A stretch of DNA of 57,109 nt from Nitrospirae bacterium RIFCSPLOWO2_02_FULL_62_14 (GTDB taxonomy: Bacteria > Nitrospirota > Nitrospiria > Nitrospirales > Nitrospiraceae), in NCBI GenBank assembly GCA_001805245.1, contig MHEU01000067.1, positions 1 to 57,109 on the forward strand, in the 5' to 3' direction. Position 1 is the first letter of the stretch; the number at the start of each line of letters is the position of its first letter. The notes under the pieces were generated by a model. The model made no database searches and was not told the DNA's origin. It saw nothing but the letters and a program-made list of their open reading frames with translations. The position numbers and the translations under genes were made by a program. Below, piece by piece: positions 7,467-15,592 of the stretch.

Positions 7467-8927
7467 TCCCACCTGTTCACAGGCTGCCTGGTAGCCTTCC
7501 CGCAAAGCCTGCGCTTCCCGCACGGCCGTGCCGGATGCGGCCGGCAGCACTTCGCGGACGAACTCGACGAAGCGGGTGATCTTGAGCAGGAAAAAATCGT
7601 AGGCCTGATCGTTTGCGCGCGGCTCGCGGAACCAGAACCGGACGAACGCATCCAGTGCGATACCGGCACGATCCAAGTCCCGGCAGGTCTCCGGGAACAT
7701 CTCGTGCACCGCGCCGCCCCATTCCAGAATCTCGTGCGGCAGGTAATGCTCGACATAGAGCGGCAGCGCCGAGGCATCCCCGCCGAGAACCGGCAACCCG
7801 GATGCCGCCCGTCCCGTGACGATCTGCGCGTAGCGGTCGTATTGCTCCACTAGCCTGCCGTCGGCAGGCGTGGAGCACGCGCGACGAGCGGGACGCGCGC
7901 GACTTGCGCGAATCGAGTCTCGCCTTTCGCGCCTTTCCCGCCAGTCTCGCGCGACACGGTTACCAAACCGTTCGCAGGCTTGTGCAAATTCCTCCACGAT
8001 CGTCGGAATCGGCTTGGTGTCCACTTCCAGCGCCACGCCCTTGAGATTGACGAGCCCTCGATGCTCGAGCACCTGCGCCAGCATGTCGGAAAGCACGTCC
8101 GGGATCGGCGCGCCGTGCGCGTCGATCCAGAGCGGCGGCTCTCCGTCCGGGCGCGCGCGGGACGGCACGGCCTGATGCAGCGCCAGCCCGGCCATGTGGA
8201 TCTCGACGACGCGCTCCAATGGAAAGGCTTCCAGGAACCCGGCCAGGAATGCCGCGAGCGGACGCCGGCGCCACTCGCCCGTGTAGCGATAGACGGTCCA
8301 GAGATGGCCGATGTCCAAGACGACGCCGCAGGGCGTGCGGTCGGTCACGAGGCGGAAAAACTCCGCCATCGTCAGGTCGCCGAAGCCCACGTAGGTGAGC
8401 GGCGGCGTTTCGAGCAGGAACAGCGGGCCCATCCCATCATGGCCATTGCGGCCGGCGCGCGCGCGGAAAGCCCGGTCCAACCGCTGCTGCGCCTGCGCGA
8501 TGTTCGCCGCCGTCACGTCGGCGCTCGCAGCGGTGAACAATGCCGGCAGATAGGTGCCGAACGCATGGCCGGCCATCTGCTTGGCGGCGCATTCATGGTT
8601 CAGCCAATGACTGTCGAGGATGCCGAGCTGTTCGGCGGCCTCGTCGAGCCCGGCGTGAAACGGCGAGAGCGTTTCGGGATCCGGCTGCGTCACCCAGAGC
8701 CCTTCGGCGTGATACGAGAGCAGGACGCCGGGCAGTCGCCGGCGCAGTACTTCCAGCGCGGAGGGCGCAGCTTTGAAAATTTCGAGATAGCCGTAGTCCA
8801 ATCCGCGACGGTTTAATGCCCCGACCAGCTCGAACAGGTCGGGCTGGTAGACGTCCACGGACAGGCCGAGCCCGTGGTGCGGGATGCGGGCGACGCGATC
8901 AAGAAACTCTCGTTCAATGGGTGTCAT
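7461..8927 (-). CDS. DUF692-family (multinuclear non-heme iron oxidase, MbnB-like) protein fused to a ~135-aa C-terminal domain
   Basis: N-terminal ~325 aa (HHGLGLSVDV ... EIHMAG ... WIDAHG ... LEVD) resembles the DUF692 TIM-barrel family. The C-terminal part may be DUF2063-like, which is unverified. Confidence 0.7.
   Translation of the reverse strand: MTPIEREFLDRVARIPHHGLGLSVDVYQPDLFELVGALNRRGLDYGYLEIFKAAPSALEVLRRRLPGVLLSYHAEGLWVTQPDPETLSPFHAGLDEAAEQLGILDSHWLNHECAAKQMAGHAFGTYLPALFTAASADVTAANIAQAQQRLDRAFRARAGRNGHDGMGPLFLLETPPLTYVGFGDLTMAEFFRLVTDRTPCGVVLDIGHLWTVYRYTGEWRRRPLAAFLAGFLEAFPLERVVEIHMAGLALHQAVPSRARPDGEPPLWIDAHGAPIPDVLSDMLAQVLEHRGLVNLKGVALEVDTKPIPTIVEEFAQACERFGNRVARDWRERRERRDSIRASRARPARRACSTPADGRLVEQYDRYAQIVTGRAASGLPVLGGDASALPLYVEHYLPHEILEWGGAVHEMFPETCRDLDRAGIALDAFVRFWFREPRANDQAYDFFLLKITRFVEFVREVLPAASGTAVREAQALREGYQAACEQVGA
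7866..7950. repeat. family-D element D1, located inside the DUF692 ORF
   Basis: gacttgcgcgaatcgagtctcgcctttcgcgcctttcccgccagtctcgc closely parallels the intergenic copy D3. Confidence 0.75.
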
Positions 8928-8930
8928 GCT

Positions 8931-9068
8931 TGTTCGGTCCGTTTAGCCTGTTTTGTCTGTCTCGTCTGGTCAGTCTGTTAAGCCTGTTTAGCCGGTTTGG
9001 TCCGTTACGTCCGTTGTTCCGTTGATCCAACCAGACAAACCAGATAAACCAAACAAACCAGACAAACC
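8931..9068 (-). repeat. family-A dyad repeat, copy A7 (inverted orientation)
   Basis: gtccgtttagcctgttttgtctg ... ccagacaaaccagataaaccaaacaaaccagacaaacc. Confidence 0.85.
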
Positions 9069-9070
9069 TT

Positions 9071-9120
9071 CTTCCCCGTCGCGCTTTTCACGCCTTTCTC
9101 GCACGTCTCGCATACGCGAC
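9071..9120. repeat. family-D half element D2
   Basis: cgtcgcgcttttcacgcctttctcgcacgtctcgc resembles the right half of D3. Confidence 0.55.
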
Positions 9121-9202
9121 GTTAGTGTACCGACCAGCCCCATGATTAACAAGCCGGCGCGTTCGTTTTGACCGCCCCCCCTCAATGGGGTAAGCTTCTC
9201 GC

Positions 9203-10264
9203 ATGAGCCCACCGGTTCCGTTTTCGAAAAGCACGCGCGGCCGCCCGGCGCTGACCAACGAACAGATCCTCGAGCAGGTCCAGACGCTCCTCGACATGCC
9301 CGCAGGCGACCTGCAGCAGACCCTGATCCGGGAAATGCTGCTGACCGTGCTGCGTCTGAGGGAGGCGCCCTTCGACACCCTCGATCTGAAAATCCTCAAC
9401 CGCACGCTGCGCGAGCTGCGGTACGCGTTCAAGGTGTTCGGCCAGTACCGCGACCGCCGGAAGGTCAGCATCTTCGGCTCGGCGCGCACGCAGCCCGGCG
9501 AGCCGGACTACCGGCTGGCGGCGCAATTCGGCAGGCGGATCGTCGAGGCCAGCTACATGGTCATCACCGGCGCGGCCGACGGCATCATGGGCGCGGCGCA
9601 GGAAGGCGCGGGGCGCGAGCAGAGCTTCGGCGTCAACATCATGCTGCCGTTCGAGCAGGGCGCCAACGCGACGATTGCGGACGATCCGAAGCTGGTCACC
9701 TTCAAATATTTCTTCACGCGCAAGCTGATGTTCCTGAAAGAGTCCCAGGCCGTGGCGCTGTTCCCCGGCGGGTTCGGCACCCACGACGAGGGCTTCGAAG
9801 TGCTGACGCTCGTGCAGACCGGCAAGGCGCCGCCGCAGCCGATCGTCTGCCTGCATGCGCCGGGCAGCGACTACTGGCACGAGTGGAACCGGTTCGTGAC
9901 CGGCCAGCTGCTGGCGCGCAAGCTGATCAACGAGGACGACACGGGGCTCTACCGCATCGTGGATTCCGCCGAGGCGGCGGTGGACGAGATCACCGCGTTC
10001 TATCGCGTCTACCATTCGCTCCGGTTCGTGGACCGGCGCATGATCCTCCGGCTCAAGCAGCGCCTGTCGGGCGACCACCTGGACACGCTGAACCGGGAGT
10101 TCGCCGACCTGCTCGAGACCGGCGCCTTCGAGCAACGGGCGGCCCTGCCCGAGGAAGCGGACGAGCCCGACCTGCAGGACCTCCCGCGCCTGGCGTTTCA
10201 CTATCACCGCCGCAGTGCCGGCCGCATCCGGCAGCTCATCAACCGGATCAACGGATTCGGCTAG
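9203..10264 (+). CDS. LOG/TIGR00730-family nucleotide 5'-monophosphate nucleosidase (PpnN-like long form)
   Basis: VITGAADGIMGAA and PGGFGTHDE motifs. Confidence 0.8.
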   Translation: MSPPVPFSKSTRGRPALTNEQILEQVQTLLDMPAGDLQQTLIREMLLTVLRLREAPFDTLDLKILNRTLRELRYAFKVFGQYRDRRKVSIFGSARTQPGEPDYRLAAQFGRRIVEASYMVITGAADGIMGAAQEGAGREQSFGVNIMLPFEQGANATIADDPKLVTFKYFFTRKLMFLKESQAVALFPGGFGTHDEGFEVLTLVQTGKAPPQPIVCLHAPGSDYWHEWNRFVTGQLLARKLINEDDTGLYRIVDSAEAAVDEITAFYRVYHSLRFVDRRMILRLKQRLSGDHLDTLNREFADLLETGAFEQRAALPEEADEPDLQDLPRLAFHYHRRSAGRIRQLINRINGFG

Positions 10265-10269
10265 GGCAG

Positions 10270-10372
10270 CGAGACGCGCGGGAGGGTTTGTCTGGTTTTT
10301 CTGGTTGATCTGGTTTGTCTGGTTTGTCAGGCGATGAAACGGATCAAACTGCTCAACCGGCCGAACGCGGGG
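10270..10372 (+). repeat. family-A dyad repeat, copy A8
   Basis: gggtttgtctggtttttctggttgatctggtttgtctggtttgtcaggcgatgaaacggatcaaac. Confidence 0.85.
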
Positions 10373-10445
10373 GAACACAACGGGGACGTTCACAATATGC
10401 GGAGCGTTCACTACTGGAGTGGCCCGTTCAACGTGGCGAAGCGTT

Positions 10446-10487
10446 AAAGGCGACGGGCTTGGAAGCGGCCCGTCGCCTTTCTCTTTT
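10446..10487 (+). terminator. intrinsic terminator after the LOG gene
   Basis: 13-bp stem aaaggcgacgggc/gcccgtcgccttt with a 9-nt loop, then ctctttta. Confidence 0.65.
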
Positions 10488-10510
10488 ATAAGCTTATGAG
10501 AGGCTATTCC

Positions 10511-10618
10511 CTGCGAGTGCGGCATGGTTTCCGACGACTGCGCGCATGGGACGAGCACCCTTCTGAGGCGTGCGCGTTCTGCGAGCAAGGGAGGAAACCA
10601 TGCCGCCAGCTCGCTCTT
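10511..10618. other. long-stem structured element (14+5 bp closing stem, ~60-nt interior)
   Basis: gcgag-t-gcggcatggtttcc ... ggaaaccatgccgc-cag-ctcgc, read directly. Confidence 0.4.
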
Positions 10619-10640
10619 TCCTTCACGCATTGCACGGGAA

Positions 10641-10766
10641 GGTTGTCTCGTTTGCCTCGTTTGTCTGGTTTGTCAGGCGATGAAACAGAACGAACCGGCC
10701 AACGGGCTGAACGCTCCTAACGGACAAAGCAGACCGCACAGACGGGACAGACCAGATAGACATTCC
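10641..10766 (+). repeat. family-A dyad repeat, copy A9
   Basis: ggttgtctcgtttgcctcgtttgtctggtttgtcaggcgatgaaac ... gacagaccagatagacatt. Confidence 0.85.
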
Positions 10767-10821
10767 GCCGGTCTCGCGCACGCCGCGTCCCCATCATTTA
10801 CCCTGTCCGTCGCGGCGTGCT

Positions 10822-11730
10822 ATGCTGCGCCATCCGATGACTCGCCCGCTCACCCAACCACCTGTGACGGTTCCCGACGTCGTGCTCTATCACGCCGAAT
10901 GCCTCGACGGCTTCGGCGCCGCCTGGGCAATCTGGAAAAAATTTCCCTCGGCCACGTTCACACCGGTGAAGCACGGCCTGCCGCCGCCGTCCGGCCTCGC
11001 CGGCAAGAAAATCGTGATTGCGGATTTCAGCTACCCGCGTCCCCTGCTGGAAGCGATGGCGAAAGACGCCGCGAGCCTGCTGGTGCTGGACCATCACGTG
11101 ACCGCGGAGAAGGCGCTTGCCGGTCTGCCCTACACCCATTTCGATCAGAAAAAATCCGGCGCGGTGCTGGCCTGGGAATGGGCGCACCAGCAGCCGGCGC
11201 CGTGGCTGCTGCTCCACGTGCAGGACAAGGACCTCTGGCAGTGGGCGCTGCCGGGCAGCCGCGAGATCAACGCCGCGCTGTCGTCCCATCCCTGCGACTT
11301 CCGCCTGTGGAGCACCTTCACGCAGGAGTCGCTGCTCGCGGAAGGCCGGGCGATTTTGCGCTACGAGCACGAGATGGTCGGGAAGCTGGTGAAGGAGACC
11401 GTGCTGGTGACGTTCCAGGAGCAGACGGTGCCGGCGGTGCAGAGCGCGATCCTGAACAGCCAGATCGGCGAGCGCCTCTCGCCCCACTATCCCTTCGTCA
11501 TCATCTGGCACGACCGCGACGGGCGGCGCTATTTCAGTCTGCGCTCCCGCGAAGACGGACCGGACGTCGAAGCCATCGCCAGGCAATACGGCGGCGGCGG
11601 CCACACCCATGCGGCGGGATTTTCCGTGCCGCTGGGCGCGGACGGGCCCGGACCGCTGGACCCGCTGATCAAGAAGAAGGCACGGGGCGAGGGGCGAGGG
11701 GCGAGAGGGAAGTCACGAAAGCGGCGGTAA
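10822..11730 (+). CDS. DHH/DHHA1-family phosphoesterase
   Basis: LVLDHHVT and GGGGHTHAAGF motifs. The C-terminal tail GEGRGARGKSRKRR is encoded by repeat F2. Confidence 0.75.
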   Translation: MLRHPMTRPLTQPPVTVPDVVLYHAECLDGFGAAWAIWKKFPSATFTPVKHGLPPPSGLAGKKIVIADFSYPRPLLEAMAKDAASLLVLDHHVTAEKALAGLPYTHFDQKKSGAVLAWEWAHQQPAPWLLLHVQDKDLWQWALPGSREINAALSSHPCDFRLWSTFTQESLLAEGRAILRYEHEMVGKLVKETVLVTFQEQTVPAVQSAILNSQIGERLSPHYPFVIIWHDRDGRRYFSLRSREDGPDVEAIARQYGGGGHTHAAGFSVPLGADGPGPLDPLIKKKARGEGRGARGKSRKRR

Positions 11731-11773
11731 GAATTTTTCTTGCCCCTTGCCGTTCGCCTCTAGCCCCTAGCCT
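11679..11773. repeat. family-F heptamer dyad, copy F2
   Basis: gggcgag x3 ... ccttgcc gttcgcc tctagcc cctagcc. Ends 6 nt before the rhomboid ATG. Confidence 0.75.
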
Positions 11774-11779
11774 ATCGAT

Positions 11780-12505
11780 ATGATTCCTCTTCACGACGAT
11801 AACCCGACCGAGATCACGCCGATGGTGACGATCGCGCTGATCGTCCTCTGCTCGCTCGTGTTTCTCTACGAAGTGTCGCTGCCGGAGAAGGTCGGCGAGG
11901 CGTTCGTCTTCCAGTACGGCGCGATCCCCGCCTCGATCTTCGGGCACGAGTCGGACCTCCCCGAGGACGCAGTCGGATTTCCCATCACGCTCACGTTGCT
12001 CACCAGCATGTTCCTGCACGCCGGCTGGATGCACCTGATCGGCAACATGCTCTACCTCTGGATCTTCGGCAACAATATTGAGGACGTGATGGGCCACGTG
12101 AAGTTCGTCATCTTCTACGTCGTCTGCGGCATCTTCGCCGCGATGAGCCACGCGCTGACCGATCCCTCGTCCGCCATACCGATGGTCGGCGCGAGCGGAG
12201 CCATTTCGGGCGTCCTCGGCGCCTACCTGCTGCTCTTCCCGCGCGCGCAGGTGCTCGTGGTGATCCCGCTCGGCATCTTCATGCGCACGATGTACGTGCC
12301 GGCGGGGTTCGTGCTCGGGTTCTGGTTCGTCCTGCAGCTCCTCAGCGGCGGGATCAGCATGGGCCAGGGCGGCGGAGGCGTGGCGTGGTTCGCGCACGTG
12401 GGCGGGTTCGTCGCGGGGATGGCGCTGATCGGGCTGTTCAAGCGGCCGGATGTCCGCTTCTTCGCCCCGGCGCGGCACCGGGGATGGCATAGCTCAGATT
12501 GGTGA
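11780..12505 (+). CDS. rhomboid-family intramembrane serine protease
   Basis: HLIGNMLYLWIFG, GASGAISGVLGAY and AHVGGFVAG motifs. Confidence 0.85.
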   Translation: MIPLHDDNPTEITPMVTIALIVLCSLVFLYEVSLPEKVGEAFVFQYGAIPASIFGHESDLPEDAVGFPITLTLLTSMFLHAGWMHLIGNMLYLWIFGNNIEDVMGHVKFVIFYVVCGIFAAMSHALTDPSSAIPMVGASGAISGVLGAYLLLFPRAQVLVVIPLGIFMRTMYVPAGFVLGFWFVLQLLSGGISMGQGGGGVAWFAHVGGFVAGMALIGLFKRPDVRFFAPARHRGWHSSDW

Positions 12506-12511
12506 GCAAAC

Positions 12512-12690
12512 GGCTGACGAAGGGTGAGAGCGGGGTGATAGAGCTGCTCGCTCCCGCACCTTTCAGAGCGACCCTTCCGGGCTCTGCCGGGCGGAAGCCT
12601 TCGGAAATTCCCTCGCAGACTCGGTCAGTTTCCGCTTTCCTTCCCGGCAGAGCCTCGGTGGGTACCCCGCTCCTCCGGTGAAGTCCGCTC
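12512..12690 (+). repeat. family-H long element, left copy (sense to the rhomboid gene)
   Basis: Aligns with the reverse complement of 12960..13232, e.g. gagcgacccttccgggct and agcctcggtgggtaccccgct. Confidence 0.8.
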
Positions 12691-12707
12691 GCAGCCATAC
12701 CACCCCT

Positions 12708-12756
12708 CTTTAAAAACTGGAACGGGAACCGGTCGCTTGTAGACCGGTTCCCGTTC
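12708..12756 (-). terminator. perfect 15-bp-stem hairpin with T-run on the minus strand
   Basis: Stem gaacgggaaccggtc / gaccggttcccgttc with loop gcttgta. The minus strand continues cagtttttaaag. Confidence 0.6.
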
Positions 12757-12904
12757 AACGCTTCGCCAAGTTCAGCAGGCTACTTCGGTAGTGAGTGTTT
12801 TTCAGATCTTGGATGTCCCCGTTTTCTTTGCCCGAAACTGAGTGGCGGCCGGATGCTGGAGAGCGCGAATCCTTCACCACGCAAGAAATAGGTGCGCGAA
12901 GCGG

Positions 12905-12947
12905 AAAGGTGACGGGTCCATCAGCGGCCTGTCACCTTTCCCCTTTT
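12905..12947 (+). terminator. intrinsic-terminator-like hairpin, sequence relative of 10446..10487
   Basis: Stem aaaggtgacggg ... cctgtcaccttt, then ccccttttat. Confidence 0.55.
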
Positions 12948-12959
12948 ATAAAGGGGATG

Positions 12960-13232
12960 TCGCGCTTGAAGCGACTTTGCCGAAGAAGCGGGGCACCCAC
13001 CGAGGCTTCAGCGAGTAGGAAAGCTGGAACTGACTGAGGCACCGCGATCGCAGATCGCGGCTGAAGGAATTCCAGAAGGTTTCCGCGAGCTGAAGCCCGG
13101 AAGGGTCGCTTCGAGAGGCGCGGAAGCGGAGAGCGCGACTTCCCCGTTTAGCCCTTCGCCAGCCGTCATTCCGAGAGGTGCGGAAGCGAGCGGCAGTACC
13201 ACCCCGCTCCCACCTTTTGTCAGTCCAGAGGA
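12960..13232 (-). repeat. family-H long element, right copy (sense to purE) with an internal duplication
   Basis: The reverse complement aligns with 12512..12690. The segment ...cgcttccgcacctctcg... occurs twice. Confidence 0.8.
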
Positions 13233-13286
13233 AAAACCTGCTTGCGACAGATGCACAGGCCTCGCAGGCTATCCAGTCTTCATCGG

Positions 13287-13805
13287 CTACTTCTTGGATC
13301 CACGCGACGCTTCGAGCACCGCGCGGGTCTGATCAGCCCGGAACTGTATCACCTTGTCACGAATCTCCGGATAGCGAACGGCCAGGATCTGCGCCGCCAG
13401 CAACCCGGCGTTTTCCGCTCCGCCGATCGCCACGGTCGCCACCGGGACGCCTTTCGGCATCTGCACCATCGACAGCAGCGAATCGAGGCCCCTGAGGTTC
13501 TCGGTGGGAATCGGCAGGCCGATGACCGGCAGATGCGTCTTCGCCGCCACGGCGCCCGGCAGGGCCGCCGCGCCGCCCGCGCCCGCCACGATGACCTCGA
13601 TGCCCCGCCCGGCCGCCTGCTCGACATACTGCGCGAGCTGATCCGGCGTCCGGTGGGCCGACAGCACCACCAGCTCGTTCGCGATCCCCAACTGGTCCAG
13701 GATCGCGACCGCCTTTTCAAGCACCGGGACATCGGTTTTGCTTCCGCCCACGATTGCCACCATCGGTGCCGTCTTCCCGCGTTCCCCTTCGCGCCGACCC
13801 GCCAT
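13287..13805 (-). CDS. purE: N5-carboxyaminoimidazole ribonucleotide mutase
   Basis: [20 protein letters not shown] and AGGAAALPG motifs. ATG at 13805 with a GGAGGA RBS. Confidence 0.9.
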   Translation of the reverse strand: MAGRREGERGKTAPMVAIVGGSKTDVPVLEKAVAILDQLGIANELVVLSAHRTPDQLAQYVEQAAGRGIEVIVAGAGGAAALPGAVAAKTHLPVIGLPIPTENLRGLDSLLSMVQMPKGVPVATVAIGGAENAGLLAAQILAVRYPEIRDKVIQFRADQTRAVLEASRGSKK

Positions 13806-14051
13806 ACTATTCCTCCATACCAAGCTTTGCTTGAGCCGCTGGCTCTTTTTTGCTTGATCGTACTTGCCGCCAGCAGAGAAACCCCTCCAGTGTTTCCGGG
13901 AATTCTCGCTTCCGCCCCGGATAAGATCCTTAACCGGAGGCCCCACCTTAAACGTTGTCTCCGCCACGGGTCAAGAACCCAATGATTTGACGCACTTCGG
14001 ATTATCCCGTATGATAAAAAAAGAAGCTATTCATACGACTACGAGGGACCC

Positions 14052-15488
14052 GTGCCCTATTCCCCCGAAAGCGTCAAAGCTGCCGTCAAGCGGGTCACCG
14101 ACTACCCCACCAGCCTCGTCGCCATGCAGGTCGACGATCTGGCCACCTCCACACAATTGCGATCGTGGGAACTGGTGCAGGTTCCGGCCTACCTCCGTCG
14201 TTACGGATGGTGGGCGATCCGAATGCTGCTGCTGGGATTTTTTCTGCTCATGTTCGTGCCCTGGACCCAGACCATCAATGTCTCCGGCCAGCTCTCCGCC
14301 TACTCGCCCTACGAGCGGCCGCAGGACATCGAGGCGCAGATCCAGGCGCGGTTCAAGAAGTGGCATGTCCTCGAGGGCGTGCGCGTCAAGCAGGGCGAGC
14401 TGATTCTCGAACTGGAGGACATCGACCCGAATTTCATGGCGCCGGAACTGCTCTCGCTGCTCGATCAGCAGAAAGTCGCGCTGGAGCAAACCCGCAAGGC
14501 GGCGCTGGACCGGGCCGGCCAGCTCGAAAAGCGGATCGGCGAGATGGAAAACCTCGTTAAGGCGGCCGTGCCGTCGGCGGAAGCGCGGGTGAGCGAAGCC
14601 GAGAATCGCGTGCGCGCCGCCGAGCAGCGCATCGTGGCCGCCAAGGTCGCCTACGACACTGCCGAGCTGAACGTGGACCGGCACCGGCAGCTTTCGACGC
14701 AGGGTCTTGTTTCCCAGCGCGAATTGGAACTGACGATCCAGGCCGCGATCGGCAGCAAGGCCGAACTGAAAGGAGCCGAAGCACAGCTCAAGGAAGCCCA
14801 GCAAAACATGAGAGCGCTGAGCTTCGGCCGGGACCAGATCAGCGCCGACGTCGTGCAGCAGCTGCTCAAGGCGGAAGCCATGCGGGCGGAAGCGCTCGCC
14901 GCCGCCGCCATGGCCGCCGACCAGCTGGCCTCGATCAGCCTTCGTCTCTCCAACGCCACGCAGCGCCGCCTCTACAGCCGCATCGTCGCTCCCATTGACG
15001 GCACGGTCGTGAAAATGGCTGAAGTGGGCGTCGGTGAAACGGTCAAGCCGGGGGAAAAGCTGGTTCGCATCTCGCCGACCAGCGCGGACAAGGCCGTGGA
15101 GATGGTGGCCGAAGGCCTCGACGCGCCGCTGCTGAACCCCGGCCGCAAAGTGCGGCTGCTGTTTTACGGCATCCCCGCCATTCCCCTTCCCGCCTGGCCC
15201 GAGTTGATGGCCGGCACCTTCGGCGGCGTCATCAAGGTCGTGGACCAGGTGGACGACGGCAAGGGCAATTTCCGTTTCTGGGTCGTGCCCGACCCCGACG
15301 ACCGCCCGTGGCCGGAACAGTCCCACGTGCGGCAGGGCACCAAGGTGATGGGCTGGGTCATTCTGAACCGTGTCCCCCTGTGGTACGAACTCTGGCGCCG
15401 GTTCAACCTGTTCCCGCCGGATTACCAGGAAGGGCCTCCCTCCCTGCTGGATACGCTGCTCCCCAAGGCAGGGCGGGGCGCAAAGTAG
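14052..15488 (+). CDS. HlyD-family membrane fusion protein
   Basis: N-terminal TM segment, long coiled-coil segment (AEARVSEAENRVRAAEQRIVAAK...) and barrel-sandwich segments. GTG start. Confidence 0.8.
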   Translation: MPYSPESVKAAVKRVTDYPTSLVAMQVDDLATSTQLRSWELVQVPAYLRRYGWWAIRMLLLGFFLLMFVPWTQTINVSGQLSAYSPYERPQDIEAQIQARFKKWHVLEGVRVKQGELILELEDIDPNFMAPELLSLLDQQKVALEQTRKAALDRAGQLEKRIGEMENLVKAAVPSAEARVSEAENRVRAAEQRIVAAKVAYDTAELNVDRHRQLSTQGLVSQRELELTIQAAIGSKAELKGAEAQLKEAQQNMRALSFGRDQISADVVQQLLKAEAMRAEALAAAAMAADQLASISLRLSNATQRRLYSRIVAPIDGTVVKMAEVGVGETVKPGEKLVRISPTSADKAVEMVAEGLDAPLLNPGRKVRLLFYGIPAIPLPAWPELMAGTFGGVIKVVDQVDDGKGNFRFWVVPDPDDRPWPEQSHVRQGTKVMGWVILNRVPLWYELWRRFNLFPPDYQEGPPSLLDTLLPKAGRGAK

Positions 15489-15592
15489 CCACGCGCGCGC
15501 CCGTCACGCAATCGTATTTTCTCTCGAAGGCGCACCGCCTTCAGACCCTCATCACCATCGTCTTGCTCTTCACTCGTAGAAAGGAGTCTTCC

